Shown: positions 62,175 to 64,000 of the stretch, in pieces | How the letters are laid out: every line of letters starts with the position of its first letter | Numbering within the stretch: position 1 is the first letter of the stretch | DNA from: Gallionellaceae bacterium | GTDB lineage: Bacteria; Pseudomonadota; Gammaproteobacteria; Burkholderiales; Gallionellaceae | DNA length: 64,000 nt | Direction of reading: 5' to 3' | Assembly: GCA_009773615.1 (NCBI GenBank) | Contig: WSYA01000001.1 | Location: 26,536-90,535, forward strand | Notes under the pieces: generated by a model | Seen by the model: only the letters and a program-made list of their open reading frames with translations | The model's database searches: none | What the model was told of the DNA's origin: nothing | Program-made: the position numbers and the translations under genes

Positions 62175-62552
62175 TTAAGCCGTAGCCACAACCTTGCGTG
62201 GTGCCAGCTTTTCTTTGATACGTGCAGACTTGCCGGAGCGATCGCGCAAGTAGTACAGCTTGGCACGGCGTACGTCGCCGCGACGCTTCACTTCGATGCT
62301 TTCGATCGCAGGTGAATAAGTTTGAAAAGTACGTTCGACACCTTCACCGGCTGCGATTTTACGCACGATGAAGCTGGAGTTCAGTCCTTTGTTGCGCTTG
62401 GCAATGACCACGCCTTCGTAAGCCTGGGTACGCTTGCGCTCGCCTTCAATCACGTTGACGTTAACGATCACTGTGTCGCCTGGTGCGAATGCCGGAATAG
62501 TCTTATTCAGACGGGCGATTTCTTCTTTCTCTAGTATTGCGATCAGATTCAT
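62175..62552 (-). CDS. rplS: 50S ribosomal protein L19
   Basis: 125 aa. [30 protein letters not shown]. Confidence 0.96.
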   Translation of the reverse strand: MNLIAILEKEEIARLNKTIPAFAPGDTVIVNVNVIEGERKRTQAYEGVVIAKRNKGLNSSFIVRKIAAGEGVERTFQTYSPAIESIEVKRRGDVRRAKLYYLRDRSGKSARIKEKLAPRKVVATA

Positions 62553-63325
62553 TTTGATTCCTCTTGTTGTGCGGGCGCTTGTTCCTGCTGGTACTCTGCC
62601 AGTAGCCGAGCTTCCTGTTTTGTAAACTGGCGTACTGCCAGCAAATCCGGACGACGTTCCGCAGTTCTACCTAAGGACTGCTTCAGTCGCCACTTCTCTA
62701 TTTCGGCGTGGTGTCCCGACATCAATACATCGGGAATGCCCTCGCCTCCATAAACTTCCGGGCGCGTGTAGTGCGGACAATCCAGCAGGCCGTTTACAAA
62801 CGAGTCCTGCTGCGCCGATTCGGCATCACCCAAAACTCCGGGGAGCTGCCGTACCAAGCTGTCTATCAACACCATTGCTGCCAACTCGCCACCGGACAAC
62901 ACATAATCCCCGATGGAAAGCTCTTCATCCACATACTGCCGAATCAGGCGCTCATCCACCCCCTCGTACCGACTCGCCAGCAAAATCAATCCTTCGTCGC
63001 GCGCCAGTAATTCCTTCACCACTTCATGGGTGAGCTGCCGGCCTTGCGGCGACAGATGAATCACGCGACTTTTAGTTACCTCGCTTGCGGCCTGCGCTGC
63101 TTTCGCTGCGCTGATCGCCTGAGCCAGCGGTTCCACCAGCATCACCATTCCGGGGCCGCCGCCGTAGGGGCGGTCATCCACCGTGCGGTGATTGTCGGTC
63201 GTGAATTCGCGCGGATTCCACGTTTGCAACTGAAACCTTTGTTGCTCCGCTGCGCGCCGCGTCACGCCATACCGCGTGATTGCGTCGAACATTTCGGGAA
63301 ACAGCGTAACCACATCGAAACGCAT
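62549..63325 (-). CDS. trmD: tRNA (guanine37-N1)-methyltransferase
   Basis: 258 aa. [38 protein letters not shown]-like motif. Confidence 0.95.
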   Translation of the reverse strand: MRFDVVTLFPEMFDAITRYGVTRRAAEQQRFQLQTWNPREFTTDNHRTVDDRPYGGGPGMVMLVEPLAQAISAAKAAQAASEVTKSRVIHLSPQGRQLTHEVVKELLARDEGLILLASRYEGVDERLIRQYVDEELSIGDYVLSGGELAAMVLIDSLVRQLPGVLGDAESAQQDSFVNGLLDCPHYTRPEVYGGEGIPDVLMSGHHAEIEKWRLKQSLGRTAERRPDLLAVRQFTKQEARLLAEYQQEQAPAQQEESK

Positions 63326-63326
63326 C

Positions 63327-63824
63327 TCAGTAATCCGCTTGCCAATCCACGCGTATCACTCTTTCTTCCAAGCTGACCTGCTGAATGACGCTGGCGAGAA
63401 AAGGAATGAGCCTTTCTTTTCCTTCAGCATCGCGCACGCTCAGCACGTCGTTCGCGCCGGTCTCCAGCAGGGTATCCACTGTGCCCAGCGCTTCACCGGC
63501 AAGGTTTATCACCTGCATGCCGATCAAGTCAGACCAAAAATATTCTCCGGGTTCTTGTTTGGGCAAGCTGTCGCGGTGTACCGCGACTAACAGGCCTTTG
63601 CATTGCTCGGCCGCAGTGCGGTCGACGATGCCGGGCAGTTTGACCACTAAAACCTTGCCGTGGACATTGGCCTCCAGCACTTCAACCTTGCGCCACGGCT
63701 GCTTGTCGTTGCCCAGATACCACTCATCGTAGTCGAGCAGGCCATCCAAATGCTCGGTAAAAGTCTGCACCTTCACCCAGCCGAGAATTCCCTGCGCGCT
63801 AACGATACGCCCCATGACGACCAT
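63327..63824 (-). CDS. rimM: 16S rRNA processing protein RimM
   Basis: [24 protein letters not shown]. The ATG at 63824 is preferred because the ORF-track start at 63857 would overlap the rpsP end by 20 nt. Confidence 0.88.
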   Translation of the reverse strand: MVVMGRIVSAQGILGWVKVQTFTEHLDGLLDYDEWYLGNDKQPWRKVEVLEANVHGKVLVVKLPGIVDRTAAEQCKGLLVAVHRDSLPKQEPGEYFWSDLIGMQVINLAGEALGTVDTLLETGANDVLSVRDAEGKERLIPFLASVIQQVSLEERVIRVDWQADY

Positions 63825-63837
63825 GGGGGCGGAAGCA

Positions 63838-64000
63838 TCAGGCTTTTGCTGCTGCACCAGCGCGCTTAACCAGCTTAGCTACGGAGTCGCTCAATTGCGC
63901 GCCCTTTTCTTGCCAATAAGTAACGCGGCCTAGTTCCAGACGCAAACCTTCTTGACCTTCAGCGGCCAAAGGATTGTAGAAACCCACGCGTTCAATGAAA
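63838..64000 (-). CDS. rpsP: 30S ribosomal protein S16, C-terminal 53 codons (gene continues past the window end)
   Basis: Open frame to the window edge. My translation reads [53 protein letters not shown]. Confidence 0.88.
   Translation of the reverse strand, partial: FIERVGFYNPLAAEGQEGLRLELGRVTYWQEKGAQLSDSVAKLVKRAGAAAKA

Overview
The window is about 64 kb of chromosomal DNA, roughly 60% GC by spot counts. Gene order is typical of a betaproteobacterium, but the organism cannot be named from the sequence alone. Most of the window is core genome. It holds the 5' end of aceE, then ygfA, a tfoX-like gene and ilvA, then a PhnD-like binding protein with a GGDEF sensor, rpiA, phoU-ppx and RNase P RNA. 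A complete dcw cluster follows (mraZ-rsmH-ftsL-ftsI-murE-murF-mraY-murD-ftsW-murG-murC-murB-ddl-ftsQ-ftsA-ftsZ), then lpxC, DUF721, an M23 peptidase, secA, a cNMP-binding protein, argJ and a DUF815 ATPase. Further on are a mutT-thiE fusion, yacG-zapD-coaE-pilD-pilC, a CNNM/CorC gene, lgt, ilvD, a ParA-like ATPase, cytochrome c551, livKHMGF, a five-gene envelope glycosylation operon, xerD-ogt and rplS-trmD-rimM-rpsP. Two short low-GC accessory islets interrupt this core. (1) At 36.0-38.3 kb there is a dinJ-like antitoxin gene with no toxin partner. It is followed by an AT-rich orphan ORF of 377 codons with a HEPN-like N-terminal motif, bracketed by two inverted 330-375 bp structured repeat units. 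These units show compensatory stem changes and share an identical 17-nt outer terminus. This is my best candidate for an undescribed system or mobile cassette. (2) At 60.5-62.1 kb there is a hicA(nonsense)-hicB pair plus an unknown 200-aa protein, lying between ogt and rplS. Several palindromic (REP-like) element families also sit in dcw intergenic spacers, at gene ends and once in frame inside a coding region. All functional calls come from reading the translations and recognising motifs; no database search was possible.
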